Assembly (NCBI GenBank): GCA_041660565.1
Contig: JBAZWC010000002.1
Span: forward strand, 149,520 to 213,519
DNA length: 64,000 nucleotides
Reading direction: 5' to 3'
DNA from: Patescibacteria group bacterium
GTDB lineage: Bacteria > Patescibacteriota > UBA1384 > CAJBMM01
Shown: piece after piece, positions 10,331-20,647 of the stretch
Layout: every line of letters starts with the position of its first letter
How positions within the stretch are numbered: position 1 is the stretch's first letter
Translations under genes and position numbers: made by a program
Notes under the pieces: generated by a model
Database searches by the model: none
What the model saw: the letters and a program-made list of their open reading frames with translations, nothing else
Told to the model about the DNA's origin: nothing

Positions 10331-11176
10331 ATGTTAGTTCAACCGAAAATTTTAACCGTAATTATTGCTAGTCCGGACAGCGCTAAAACCTACACTACTA
10401 TTCGTAGTGTGCAACAAATGCGCTATCGTAATCACGAAATCGTTTGCACCGTTCCTTACGAGCGCGATTTATTGCGTCACAATTTATTACGTGATTTTAA
10501 TTGGTTACCGTTAATTACCGCCCCGCGCGCTTCACTAAGTACCCTGTTATCAATTGCAGTTGAGCGCGGCCGATATTCCAATGTCGATGCGGTCTGTTTT
10601 ATTCAATCGGGCTGCACGCCCGAACGTGAATTCCTAGCCGAGATGGCGGTACCTTTACGCACTCACACCAATATTGATTTATTTATGCCCTCCATGGTGC
10701 GCCCAGATGATAAGGGAATTGTTTTTGGCGCCACGCGTTTTGGCAAGTGGCCACATCAGATGAAATCGGTTATCGAAATACCCGAAGACGAATTAAACAT
10801 CGCCAACAGTCACTTCTTGGGGCATTCCGTGTTAGTGAGATTATCAACCTGCTTGAAAAATCAGTTTTCCGATATTAACGACGATCTAACGTTGTTATAC
10901 TGGACTGAAAAAATCATTAACAACAAGCACCAAACCATGGCCATTTCATCAATCAAAATATTTTTTGATGGCGTCATTTTTCCCGATCTTTCCAGCGCGC
11001 TGGTTGTGCCTAAGGGGTGGTATAAGGATATGGAGCGCTATATTCAAATATACGGCTCGTGGTATGATAAAGTAGGTTTTGTGTTGCGATATCGTTGGCG
11101 CCGCGAGGGCAGTCTGTTCTCACGGCTGGTTGATAGCTGGTGGCAAAACCAAGCAGCATACAAGCGCGAATTTTAA
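10331..11176 (+). CDS. Hypothetical protein, possible GT2-like glycosyltransferase.
   Basis: 281 aa. N-terminus 'LTVIIASPDSAKTYTTIRSVQQ' resembles a GT2 Rossmann start, but no DxD motif is obvious. Confidence 0.35.
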   Translation: MLVQPKILTVIIASPDSAKTYTTIRSVQQMRYRNHEIVCTVPYERDLLRHNLLRDFNWLPLITAPRASLSTLLSIAVERGRYSNVDAVCFIQSGCTPEREFLAEMAVPLRTHTNIDLFMPSMVRPDDKGIVFGATRFGKWPHQMKSVIEIPEDELNIANSHFLGHSVLVRLSTCLKNQFSDINDDLTLLYWTEKIINNKHQTMAISSIKIFFDGVIFPDLSSALVVPKGWYKDMERYIQIYGSWYDKVGFVLRYRWRREGSLFSRLVDSWWQNQAAYKREF

Positions 11177-11254
11177 ATTTTTAATTTTAAATTTTAAAAA
11201 ATTCCAATCAGCCCAATTTATCCAATTTGACCAATTGACGAGCAAGGAAATTTT

Positions 11255-12667
11255 GTGAAAAAAATCTATCTGATTACTCTAACTTTACTACTAGCCACGG
11301 TCTCCGGCTTCTTCTTTGCCCACGATTTGGCCATTGTACCAGCGTTAATTTTGGGCGGGCTGGTTTTTATTTTCTTTTTGACAATTATCATTCCAAATCC
11401 CAAGTTTGGCTTACTGGCCTTAATTTTTGCCCTGCCATTTGAACGTATCCCCTCAATGGCTATCGGAGGCACTACCGTACGTATGAGCCAGATCATTCTG
11501 GGCGGTTTGATTATCACCGCCATTGCCCGACTAATTAAAAACCGGCACGCAAAAATTAAATTTTCTCCCTATTTTTATCCCTACATCCTATTTATCATCT
11601 CGATGCTATTATCATTTCAAAATATGGAGAACCTTGGTCGCGGTGTAATGGTGTTCACATTCATTTTATTCACTTCATTGACCATTTGGATTGTGCCATC
11701 CCTGCTAAAAACTTCAGCCGACTTAGATAAAGTGATTCGAGTATTGTTTATTGTTACAATTCTAATCTCGATATTCGGCTTATATCAATTTGCGGGCGAT
11801 ATGATCGGGCTACCAACATCACTTACCGGCTTACGCGAGCTATATACAAAAATTGTTTTTGGCTATCCACGCGTACAATCAACTGAGCTTGAGCCACTAT
11901 ATTTAGCCAACTTCTTGATCATCCCACTCACCCTTGCCTTTACCTTTGTGGTACGTCGCGCCAACTATTTTTCAGCTTGGATGAACTGGGGGGTGATCGG
12001 GTTTGCCGGGCTAGCGTTTATCTTAACCATCTCTCGTGGTGGATATTTAGGGTTGGCATTTAGCTTCTTACTAGTGATATTGGCCAGCGTGTTTGTCTTT
12101 TTGCGACCAAAATTAATCTTTGGTATTACCACCGGTTTGATCATTTTGAGCGTAGTTGCAGTTGTGGCGCTAAATGTTAGCGATATCGGGCAAAAGACTA
12201 TTGCCATTACTGAAAAGCACTTTTTTGAGGCAACACAGACCGCATCAACTCAATTTCGCTTTAACGCCTATAGCCAAGCGCTTGAAGCATTTAGCCAACA
12301 CCCTATTACCGGCGTCGGTATTGGCAATTTTGGCCCGTGGGTGGCAAACTATCCCGACAAATTGCCTGTTAGCGGTTGGGCAATTGTGAATAATCAGACT
12401 TTAGAATCTTTAGCGGAAACCGGCGTGGTCGGGTTGGCCGCATTGGTGATATTTATTTTGATATTATTGATACGGTCTGTTGCGGCATTTTTCCACGCTA
12501 CCGATCCAAAGCTACGCGCTGTGACGATAGGACTGTTCGCAGCGATGATTGGGGTATTAGTGCAATATCAGTTCTTTTCAACTCTTTATGTGATGCATAT
12601 TTGGGTTCTGACAGCACTCATGATTGCAGTTCAAAACATCATTTTAATTCCGGATAAATCAGAATGA
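11255..12667 (+). CDS. O-antigen ligase (Wzy_C)-like polytopic membrane protein.
   Basis: 470 aa with more than 10 TM helices. 'ISRGGYLGLAFSFLLV' motif and periplasmic loop typical of WaaL/O-antigen-ligase domain proteins. Confidence 0.5.
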   Translation: MKKIYLITLTLLLATVSGFFFAHDLAIVPALILGGLVFIFFLTIIIPNPKFGLLALIFALPFERIPSMAIGGTTVRMSQIILGGLIITAIARLIKNRHAKIKFSPYFYPYILFIISMLLSFQNMENLGRGVMVFTFILFTSLTIWIVPSLLKTSADLDKVIRVLFIVTILISIFGLYQFAGDMIGLPTSLTGLRELYTKIVFGYPRVQSTELEPLYLANFLIIPLTLAFTFVVRRANYFSAWMNWGVIGFAGLAFILTISRGGYLGLAFSFLLVILASVFVFLRPKLIFGITTGLIILSVVAVVALNVSDIGQKTIAITEKHFFEATQTASTQFRFNAYSQALEAFSQHPITGVGIGNFGPWVANYPDKLPVSGWAIVNNQTLESLAETGVVGLAALVIFILILLIRSVAAFFHATDPKLRAVTIGLFAAMIGVLVQYQFFSTLYVMHIWVLTALMIAVQNIILIPDKSE

Positions 12668-13908
12668 AAATTTCAAATTTAGTCGCCATTCTTCCTGGTC
12701 TAACCATCTTATATCTGATCAAGCTGACAATTTTCGGTTTACCTACCAATTGGTGGGAGATTTTGGTTTATCTGTGCGCGTTCGTCTTTCTCTTTATCAA
12801 AAAATCGACTCGACTTAAAAAATCCGAGATTGCATCAATTGCACTTATTACGCTCATAACACTTATCGCCACCTATACTTCGCCCGAGAAACGAGAGGCG
12901 CTGGGCATAATTAAAGGCTGGATTGTCCCGGCAATTTTGCTTTACTGGATGCTTAAAAACGCCTGGGCTGATCCAAAGAATATCACGCTGACTATAAAAG
13001 CGATGGTTTACCAAGGCATTTTAGTGGCGCTAGTTGCCATTTTGCAAACTATCCCCGCTATCTCCAACTGGTGGATTACTCGCGCTCCAGATTTAGCCCA
13101 ATATCTAAACACCGGGCGATACACTAGCATTTTTAACTCGCCCAATTCGGCGGCAATGATTTTAGCCCCAGCGTTAATTTTAGCTCTATATTGTCATTTC
13201 GACCCGGGGAGCTGGCTCGAGCGACCACGTTGGCCTCTGGCTCTACTAGCCGATAGGCTCGGAGAGAGAAATCTTAAGAAAGAATCCCTTCCTCTGCTTG
13301 CATCGCTAGTCATAATTATCGGATTGGTCCTAACCCATTCCCGCGGTGGCATCGTCGCGGCCATAATCGGGATTGCTCTACTAGCGCTCAGTCGATTCGA
13401 TAAAATCAGCCGAGCGTGGGCAGTGGTGATTGCCGCCTTGTCGTTACTTATTTTTAACCCCATTATTTTATCACTGTCGGCCTTAAACGACCCTAACCAC
13501 AGCGACATTCGCATTTTAATTTGGCAAAAAAGCTGGCAGATGGTGAGTCAGCACCCAATTTGGGGTATCGGGCTAGGCCATTTTCATCAAGCTTTCGCCT
13601 CCTTCACCCTACATCAGCCTAACTTTGACGAATTTATTACACCTTATGCTCTTCACCCTCATAACGTGATTTTATACGTTTGGTTGAGCTTCGGGATAAT
13701 TGGGTTAATTGGACTAATTGGGTTGATTGGAGCTTCGGTTCGAGCGTTTTTACGAGACAAATCACCGTTACGCGCGTTAGGTTTTGCCTTGCTAGTAGTG
13801 ATGCTGACTCAGGGTATGGTAGATACTACAATTTTTAAAAACGATCTGATAATTTGGTTTATTATTGCGGTTTTATTAACATTCAGACAGTCGGAAAACA
13901 CAAAATGA
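12664..13908 (+). CDS. O-antigen ligase-like membrane protein, paralog of the previous gene.
   Basis: 414 aa, multi-TM. 'LTHSRGGIVAAIIGIALL' motif. Contains an in-frame 9-bp x 3 tandem repeat (GLIGLIGLIG) and a GC-rich internal patch. Confidence 0.5.
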   Translation: MKISNLVAILPGLTILYLIKLTIFGLPTNWWEILVYLCAFVFLFIKKSTRLKKSEIASIALITLITLIATYTSPEKREALGIIKGWIVPAILLYWMLKNAWADPKNITLTIKAMVYQGILVALVAILQTIPAISNWWITRAPDLAQYLNTGRYTSIFNSPNSAAMILAPALILALYCHFDPGSWLERPRWPLALLADRLGERNLKKESLPLLASLVIIIGLVLTHSRGGIVAAIIGIALLALSRFDKISRAWAVVIAALSLLIFNPIILSLSALNDPNHSDIRILIWQKSWQMVSQHPIWGIGLGHFHQAFASFTLHQPNFDEFITPYALHPHNVILYVWLSFGIIGLIGLIGLIGASVRAFLRDKSPLRALGFALLVVMLTQGMVDTTIFKNDLIIWFIIAVLLTFRQSENTK

Positions 13909-14891
13909 CAACAATCGGAATTGATACATTATTGCTCGGGAGTTCCGAGCTTAATGATTATTTTATCTATGGCTTTTTAAATCAACTCGTCAAAAGTAAC
14001 GCCGAGCTTGTTTTTATTATTTTAATTCCCAAGAAACAAGAAAAACGGTGGACAAGCACCGACAAAATTAAATTCGTACCGATTGACCCAGAAGTTAAGA
14101 TTTTTAAAAAAGAGATTACACGATATAGAAAAGATCCCGCCATCTCACTATGGTTGTGTCTAAACGGCCAGGTTAGGTTTGATGGCCGCAAATCGATCTT
14201 ATTTTTAGATCAGCTTCCCGTAATTAAACCACCCGTAGTCAAACATATTATCGCCACTTCGGTTCAACTTAAACGACAGCTAGTGCAAAAATTTCATCTT
14301 GAAGCAAGCCGGATATCGGTTATCTATCCGGGTGTTAACCCACTCTCAGCTAATCCCGAACCAAATCAAATTACCGTCGTTAGCGGCGGATCGGCAAACG
14401 AACTAATAAATGTGGTTGATATTGTGGCAACGTCGGCACTAAAGCACCGCACCAGACATTTTAATTTATTGGTAAACGAGGCGCGAGTTTTAACCACTCG
14501 TGCCAAAGTAGATGCGCGACGCGTTGGAAACATCTCGGTATTGCCAAATCGACCGGATCAATTAGAATCAACTCTGTCGTACACTCAATTTGTGATTGCC
14601 GATCACCTAAAGCCGGATACGCTACCATTAGCCCTGATTGTTTTGTCGTTCGGTATTCCCACTTTATGCGACAAAAACAGTTTTAATTTAGAAATTTTTG
14701 AGGATGGCGCATTATACTGCAACACCGCAGACACGGTAGAGATGGTGGACCAAATTAGCCATACCATTAAACAGACCGGCTTGCGCCAAATTTTATCCGA
14801 AAAAGCCGCGGAACAAAAAAAACGGTTTACTTGGGATGGCTGTGTCGATGCGGTCATTAATCTTATTCGCAATCAAATTTCTAATGACTAA
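13905..14891 (+). CDS. Hypothetical GT-B-like glycosyltransferase.
   Basis: The ORF track gives 13854; I prefer ATG 13905 (MTTIGIDTLL...) to avoid a 55-nt overlap. No strong motif recognised; placement is by genomic context within the glycosylation cluster. Confidence 0.35.
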   Translation: MTTIGIDTLLLGSSELNDYFIYGFLNQLVKSNAELVFIILIPKKQEKRWTSTDKIKFVPIDPEVKIFKKEITRYRKDPAISLWLCLNGQVRFDGRKSILFLDQLPVIKPPVVKHIIATSVQLKRQLVQKFHLEASRISVIYPGVNPLSANPEPNQITVVSGGSANELINVVDIVATSALKHRTRHFNLLVNEARVLTTRAKVDARRVGNISVLPNRPDQLESTLSYTQFVIADHLKPDTLPLALIVLSFGIPTLCDKNSFNLEIFEDGALYCNTADTVEMVDQISHTIKQTGLRQILSEKAAEQKKRFTWDGCVDAVINLIRNQISND

Positions 14892-14897
14892 TGCCTA

Positions 14898-16379
14898 ATG
14901 TCTAATCAATTTCTAATTTTAAAATTTCTAAGCCGTTTCAATATTCGGATTTCGAATTTCAATCGACATTCGTTATTAGTTATTCGTCATTGTTTGTCGT
15001 GGTTCAAGCAAAATTGGCATTGGGTGGCTCTGACGGCGATTATTGTTCTAGGCGCATTTTTAAGATTTTATTTGCTCTATTCCGGAATGCATTTTGATGT
15101 AGACGAAGCAAATCATGTTAAATCCGTCTACGGTATATGGACAAATCATCAGCTGCTAACCCAGGGGCCACCAACATCCAGCGGTCTGGGATTATATCAC
15201 GGCGCATATTACTATTATTTGTTACTAATCCCAGCTGTCATTGGAGAAGGCAACCCGTTAGCGGTCGTTACTTTCTGCGCTTTGTTGAGTACCTTAGCCG
15301 TATTTTTCATCGGCAGTGCGGTGATGAAACAGTATGGGAAGCTACCGGGGATCTTGGCGGCACTGTTGATGGCGGCGTCATTCGACCTAGTCCAATACGG
15401 ACGATGGATCTGGAATCCAAATTTAATCCCGTTTTTTATGGCGTTATCTCTTTTTGCCCTGGTAAAAACTAGCCCAAAACGCCCCAAATACCTAATACTG
15501 TTCTCGTTCGCACTAAGCAGTATTACTCAACTGCACCTGGGCGGCTTTGTGTTTGTACCAATTTATCTACTATTAATTCCATTTCTGATTAGAGTGGTTA
15601 AGAATAAGCGCATTTGGGCAATCAGTATTCTGGCATTCATTATCCCGTGGACGCCTACCATCTATTACGAAACCACCCACAACTTTGAGATGTTTCGAGG
15701 AATTATCTCCTTGCTTTCGGCGCAATCTAATATATCGTTTTGGCAACATCTAACCACCGGCTATAACTATATGTTATTTATGTTTGACCGAACGCTGCAT
15801 CTACCCGAAATCACCCGCTCGATATTTATTTATTCCGGAATTGCAGCTCTGTTACTACAGCTTAAAAACTGGCGCCATGCCGAATCGGTTTTACTGCCCA
15901 TTTATTTATTAATTTCGCTAATTTTTACCTTTTTGATCGTTTCTTTCTACCCGGATTATTTGTACGTTCATTTGGCCGAACAGTTGTTTGTGATTTATAT
16001 CGTGCTAGTCGTATTTATTTTGCAAATATTATTTATGCATAATGAGACCATTATCGTTTCGCTACTGATTTTGGGATTCTTTTTGCAACAAAATCTGACC
16101 CTGTTTCAAGATAAGATTGTAAACGGCAGCCATCAATACGAAATAATCGATAAAGCGTGCCGATCGTTAAAAGATCAGCATTTAGACAACGTTGAGATGA
16201 TGGTTAATAATCAGAAAAATCCGGTTTATCTAACGTACGTTTGTTTAAACCAATACGGCGTTCACACCGGTAGTAAATTCACCCTCACACTGTCACCGGA
16301 TCAAGCAAAAGGACTGGGGCGCCCGATTGAACAATATATGTTCAATAATAAGGTGATAGACCCGAGCATTAAAAATTAG
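14898..16379 (+). CDS. GT-C fold membrane glycosyltransferase (PMT_2/ArnT-like).
   Basis: 493 aa, multi-TM. First loop contains 'HFDVDEANHV' (DE motif). Confidence 0.45.
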   Translation: MSNQFLILKFLSRFNIRISNFNRHSLLVIRHCLSWFKQNWHWVALTAIIVLGAFLRFYLLYSGMHFDVDEANHVKSVYGIWTNHQLLTQGPPTSSGLGLYHGAYYYYLLLIPAVIGEGNPLAVVTFCALLSTLAVFFIGSAVMKQYGKLPGILAALLMAASFDLVQYGRWIWNPNLIPFFMALSLFALVKTSPKRPKYLILFSFALSSITQLHLGGFVFVPIYLLLIPFLIRVVKNKRIWAISILAFIIPWTPTIYYETTHNFEMFRGIISLLSAQSNISFWQHLTTGYNYMLFMFDRTLHLPEITRSIFIYSGIAALLLQLKNWRHAESVLLPIYLLISLIFTFLIVSFYPDYLYVHLAEQLFVIYIVLVVFILQILFMHNETIIVSLLILGFFLQQNLTLFQDKIVNGSHQYEIIDKACRSLKDQHLDNVEMMVNNQKNPVYLTYVCLNQYGVHTGSKFTLTLSPDQAKGLGRPIEQYMFNNKVIDPSIKN

Positions 16380-16783
16380 TGCGAAAACGTCCAGGTTCGA
16401 TTAGCAAAAAAGTTCCAGAACATCGCCACAGCCGTAGCGGTGGCAAGCCCGTATATTGTGTCCAAATTGAGCATTTGCGGGGAAGTGATAATAAAAAATA
16501 TCGAGTTGTTTATCACTAAGCCAACCAATGCGACCAATAAAAATTTGAGCGCCTCACGCCGAATTTGCGGATTAGTCGACCTAAATGTCCAACTTCGATT
16601 CATCGCATAGCTTGAAGATGCCGAGAATACGAACGACATCGCTTTAGCAATTTGAGCGCCAACCTGACCGGCTGGCCTGAGTGACAAGTGAAAAACATAA
16701 AAAAGCGCCCAATCTAGGGCGGTATTAATTGCCCCAACTATCGCAAATTTAACAAATTGTCTAACGGCTGGCTTGTCTCTCAT
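16376..16783 (-). CDS. GtrA-family small membrane protein.
   Basis: 135 aa. 'FVKFAIVGAINTALDWALFYV' GtrA-like N-terminal helix and four TM helices. Convergent and overlapping with the upstream gene end. Confidence 0.6.
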   Translation of the reverse strand: MRDKPAVRQFVKFAIVGAINTALDWALFYVFHLSLRPAGQVGAQIAKAMSFVFSASSSYAMNRSWTFRSTNPQIRREALKFLLVALVGLVINNSIFFIITSPQMLNLDTIYGLATATAVAMFWNFFANRTWTFSH

Positions 16784-16831
16784 TAAAATCCTTCATTTGA
16801 ACAGATCAATCATAACTGATATTATGCGTTT

Positions 16832-17554
16832 ATGGAAGAAAAGAAACCTCAATACAAGACATTATCAATCGTCATTCCGGCATACAACGAAGCCGCTACC
16901 ATTGAGCAACTGATTGATCGGGTCAAAAAAGCCAAATGTTTCGGGATGCAAAAACAGATTATTGTAGTTAACGATTGTTCTAAAGACAAGACCAAGGACG
17001 TGGTGGCTAAAATCGCCGACATCAAATTAATCAATCAAAAAGTCAACGGCGGTAAGGGAAAAGCGTTAAAAACAGGTTTTGAAGCCGCGGACGGCGACAT
17101 TATTATGATTCAAGACGCCGATTTGGAATACAATCCAGATGAATACGAAATTTTACTTGATCCCATTCTGCATGGCACCGCAGATGTAGTTTATGGTTCG
17201 CGTTTTATGGGTGATCACCCTCACCGCGTCCTTTACTATTGGCACAGCGTTGGTAACAGTTTTATTACCTGGCTTTCCAATATGATGACCAACTTAAACA
17301 TCTCCGATATGGAAACCTGCTATAAAGTGTTTAAAAAAGATGTATTAAAACAAATTGTACCTAAATTGACCTCTCCACGTTTTGGGTTTGAGCCCGAGGT
17401 AACCGCCCGTATTGCCCACCTAAAACCGCGAGTTCAAATTTATGAGGTTGGTATTTCTTATGCGGGCCGCACCTACGAAGAAGGTAAAAAAATCAACTGG
17501 AAAGACGGCTTCGAAGCGATCTATTCGATTATCAAATTTAATCTGTTTCGATAG
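16832..17554 (+). CDS. GT2 polyprenyl-phosphate sugar transferase (soluble, DPM1-like).
   Basis: 240 aa. 'LSIVIPAYNEA', 'VVNDCSKDKT', 'IQDADLEY'. Confidence 0.7.
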   Translation: MEEKKPQYKTLSIVIPAYNEAATIEQLIDRVKKAKCFGMQKQIIVVNDCSKDKTKDVVAKIADIKLINQKVNGGKGKALKTGFEAADGDIIMIQDADLEYNPDEYEILLDPILHGTADVVYGSRFMGDHPHRVLYYWHSVGNSFITWLSNMMTNLNISDMETCYKVFKKDVLKQIVPKLTSPRFGFEPEVTARIAHLKPRVQIYEVGISYAGRTYEEGKKINWKDGFEAIYSIIKFNLFR

Positions 17555-17568
17555 CCAGGCTAATAAAT

Positions 17569-19479
17569 ATGACAGGCGACCAATTTCTGATAATTTCTGG
17601 CTATTTTTTGATCGTATTTATCGCCGCATTTTGTTTGGGCACTTTGGCTGCTCAATTTATCCGATATGTTCTCAAGCGATTCAAAATCAACCTAAACTCA
17701 GACGATTCACCCACTTTTTACGGCGTGAATTTAATGGTCGGAATGGGGCTGCTCAGTAATTTATGGTTGGTTTTGGGGTTGTTGGGCTGGTTCACTCGGC
17801 CGGTAATTTTATCTAGCCTAATTTTAGTCGTATTTTTGTTTATTGGCATTTACTGGAAACGAATTCCCAGGCGCTTCACCATCAAACCAGTCGATCTTCG
17901 TCATCTTTCATACATTCACCTAGTCCTAATTGGCATTGCAACTTACTTTTTACTAACGTTTTATGCTGCCGCCATGCTACCTCCGCACTTATGGGACGAG
18001 CTCTCTTATCACTTGCCTGAAGCCGGTAACATCGTGCAACATCATCGCATATTCCCTCATTTTGAGGCGTATCTGTTTTTCGGCAACATCCCCAAATTAA
18101 TGGAGGTTTTATACGCCGGCGCAATTTCGTTAAGCGGCACTACGGCGGTTGGAGCGTTGGCGCATTTGATGCATTTCACCGTGATTTTAGGATTGTTAAT
18201 GTTGGTGTACCAATGGCTTCGCCATAGATTTGGCACCAGAACGGCGGCAATTGGCTTGATAATGCTCGTTCTGTGCGATCAACTGATGCAAAATGGGATT
18301 ATCGGATATATCGACGCCGCAACCGCCGCATTTGAAGTGGCGGCTGTAATTATGGCAATTGAGTGGATAATTAGCAAAAACACTTACGCACTATCACTAT
18401 CGATGCTGTTAATTGGTTTTGGATTAGCATCTAAATACTCCGCGTCTCCTTCCTTTTTGGCTGTTTTGGCATTGTTAGCTGGAGGACTATTTAGATTTAA
18501 ACTACCCCAAGTACAAATTAAAAAACTGGCAGTCTGGTTAATATTATTGTTCGTATTTGCGTGCGGTTATTGGTATATCAAAAACATCTATTTTTATGGC
18601 AATCCGTTTTATCCGTTATATTTTGGCCACCGCTTTATTAGTGATTCGGAATACCTCGAGATACTGGCTTCGGTGCGACAAATAAGCGACCGCAGCTTAT
18701 CCGGAATTATCGAGATTGTGACTAATTTTCTGACCCCGGCCAACTTTAACGTATTTTGGGCCATTATTTTATTTCCAATTGCCTTATTGGTGCGCAAATC
18801 TCGATCAATTACTGCCATTTTAGTAGTGTACGCAGCCAGCTATTTTGCATACTGGTATTTCTTTGCCTCACGCCAAGATCGATTTATGATCGCCGCAATC
18901 GTGGCCGCCACCATTTTGATTGCGATATTACTTGGCTCAATTCGTTATCGATGGTCAATTCCGATAGTGGCAGTTTTTCTGATAATGTCGTATTTCTTAA
19001 TCAATCACCACGCCAATGGAGTGGTAGAATACCGCAAAGCGTTAAAAGAAAAGCGAAACCAAGTTGGTGTACAATACGTTCTTGGCCAGGTCTCAACCAG
19101 ACAGTATATGAGTAGCTTATTTGGCTGCGCGTATCTCACTTTTGATGATATGAAAATTAATGGCTGGAACGGCAACGTAATTGATAACTGGACGGTCTGG
19201 CACGACCCAAACGTCGGTTTCTTCGCCACCAACATCGGGTTAGTTCAATTTAATGCCCCATTAGGCACTACCGACGCTCAATTAAATGAAATGGTGCACA
19301 AGCAAAGTCTCAAATTTTTGTACTTTAACCAAGGGACCAAAGAGCGATTTGCTCAAGAGACAAACACGGGAATGGTGGAATACCGCCAAGGCCGAGCAGA
19401 AGTGGAAGCTAGATTGCTGCAAAACGCCACACTGATTAGTCAGCAAGGGCCGTGCATGCTATACAAATTAAATTATTGA
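17569..19479 (+). CDS. GT-C fold membrane glycosyltransferase, paralog of 3297..5147.
   Basis: 636 aa, multi-TM. Loop motif 'WDELSYHLPEA' is near-identical to 'WDEVAYHLPEA' in 3297..5147. Confidence 0.5.
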   Translation: MTGDQFLIISGYFLIVFIAAFCLGTLAAQFIRYVLKRFKINLNSDDSPTFYGVNLMVGMGLLSNLWLVLGLLGWFTRPVILSSLILVVFLFIGIYWKRIPRRFTIKPVDLRHLSYIHLVLIGIATYFLLTFYAAAMLPPHLWDELSYHLPEAGNIVQHHRIFPHFEAYLFFGNIPKLMEVLYAGAISLSGTTAVGALAHLMHFTVILGLLMLVYQWLRHRFGTRTAAIGLIMLVLCDQLMQNGIIGYIDAATAAFEVAAVIMAIEWIISKNTYALSLSMLLIGFGLASKYSASPSFLAVLALLAGGLFRFKLPQVQIKKLAVWLILLFVFACGYWYIKNIYFYGNPFYPLYFGHRFISDSEYLEILASVRQISDRSLSGIIEIVTNFLTPANFNVFWAIILFPIALLVRKSRSITAILVVYAASYFAYWYFFASRQDRFMIAAIVAATILIAILLGSIRYRWSIPIVAVFLIMSYFLINHHANGVVEYRKALKEKRNQVGVQYVLGQVSTRQYMSSLFGCAYLTFDDMKINGWNGNVIDNWTVWHDPNVGFFATNIGLVQFNAPLGTTDAQLNEMVHKQSLKFLYFNQGTKERFAQETNTGMVEYRQGRAEVEARLLQNATLISQQGPCMLYKLNY

Positions 19480-19522
19480 TCGTAATTTTGCTTAAACGCC
19501 TAATTTAACCTAAAATAGAGTT

Positions 19523-20560
19523 ATGCTAAAAAAACTGTTAATCGCCGGTGTAGCCATCACCCTAATTGGGGTGATTGTTTTGGTCGTCCTAAATTATCGA
19601 AGTAAGAACAGTAGCTCATCCCAAACTCCGGTAGTGGTCAGCCCCATCGCCGCACCAACCGACTTTCACTGGGGGGCGCAACTTAGAGCATACAATTTGT
19701 CTACTTTTGATGCTGCTGAAGTACACCAATCAATTGCAGATCAAATTGCTTTGGCAAAAGAGCTAAAATTAACCGATATTCGAGCCAATATAGAAGCAAG
19801 CGACGTAGTTAACGATGACTTTGTGAATCAAACCATCGCCGCCGGTCTGAATCCGGTAGTAATTATTGAACCCAATTATTCTGTGGCCGGATTTAATCGC
19901 CAAAGCGCCTACGATTATGCCTATAAATACGCATTACGGTATAAGGGCAAGGTTCATTATTATCAACTAGCCAACGAAGCCAGCGGAGTTACACTCAAAC
20001 CGACTCATGGTGGCGATAAAACAGACGACTACGATGTTGCTAAATATCAAGCATTTAAAGAGCTACTACTTGGATTTAGCGAGGGTGTGTATGCCGCTGA
20101 TCCGGCTGCAAAGCGTATTATTAGCTCAAATTGGGTTGGGGTAGCGGTAATTGATAAGTTAATTACCGACCAAGTTAAATTCGAGGTGATTGGTTGGAAT
20201 TGGTACTCCAGTATGGGCAACGATTTAATCGTCAAAGCAAGCGGAAACACGCTGAATATTCCCGAATATCTTAAAAAATACGGCAAACCAATTTGGGTGG
20301 TTGAGTTGAACCGAACCGAGGGCACCCTAGACGGCAACTTGTCCGCTCAATCAGACTTTTTATATACGTTCATCAACAATACCCTTTCACATAACAATAT
20401 TAATGGGATCTTCGTTTACTTATTAACCGATCAATGTGCTGAACTGAGCAAGGGCGTCGGCAACATGGGTATTGTAAAGCTAATCAAATCCGGCACCACC
20501 TGCACTCTGGGTGACAAAAAGCCGGCATTTACAACCTACAAGAATATCATTAGTCAATAG
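19523..20560 (+). CDS. Membrane-anchored secreted protein, possible TIM-barrel glycoside hydrolase.
   Basis: 345 aa. N-terminal TM helix (LLIAGVAITLIGVIVLVVL), then a domain with 'YQLANE' and 'WVVELN' acid/nucleophile-like motifs. Weak call. Confidence 0.3.
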   Translation: MLKKLLIAGVAITLIGVIVLVVLNYRSKNSSSSQTPVVVSPIAAPTDFHWGAQLRAYNLSTFDAAEVHQSIADQIALAKELKLTDIRANIEASDVVNDDFVNQTIAAGLNPVVIIEPNYSVAGFNRQSAYDYAYKYALRYKGKVHYYQLANEASGVTLKPTHGGDKTDDYDVAKYQAFKELLLGFSEGVYAADPAAKRIISSNWVGVAVIDKLITDQVKFEVIGWNWYSSMGNDLIVKASGNTLNIPEYLKKYGKPIWVVELNRTEGTLDGNLSAQSDFLYTFINNTLSHNNINGIFVYLLTDQCAELSKGVGNMGIVKLIKSGTTCTLGDKKPAFTTYKNIISQ

Positions 20561-20647
20561 ACTTTTTAAAGAACTTCCGATTGTTTAAAAATTTAAAATT
20601 TAAAATTTAAAATTTTCTATGTTACTCTAAATACGGAGGGGTTTATT

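Noticed and set aside
1951-19235. Numerous 60-150-aa ORFs on the strand opposite to or nested within the long glycosyltransferase and membrane-protein genes (e.g. 1951-2133, 4765-5157, 5976-6188, 7160-7522, 9664-10032, 11266-11523, 13194-13514, 15137-15487, 17882-18124, 18756-19115).
   Set aside because: All are fully embedded in longer ORFs that carry recognisable domain motifs and operon-consistent starts and stops. They are typical shadow ORFs.
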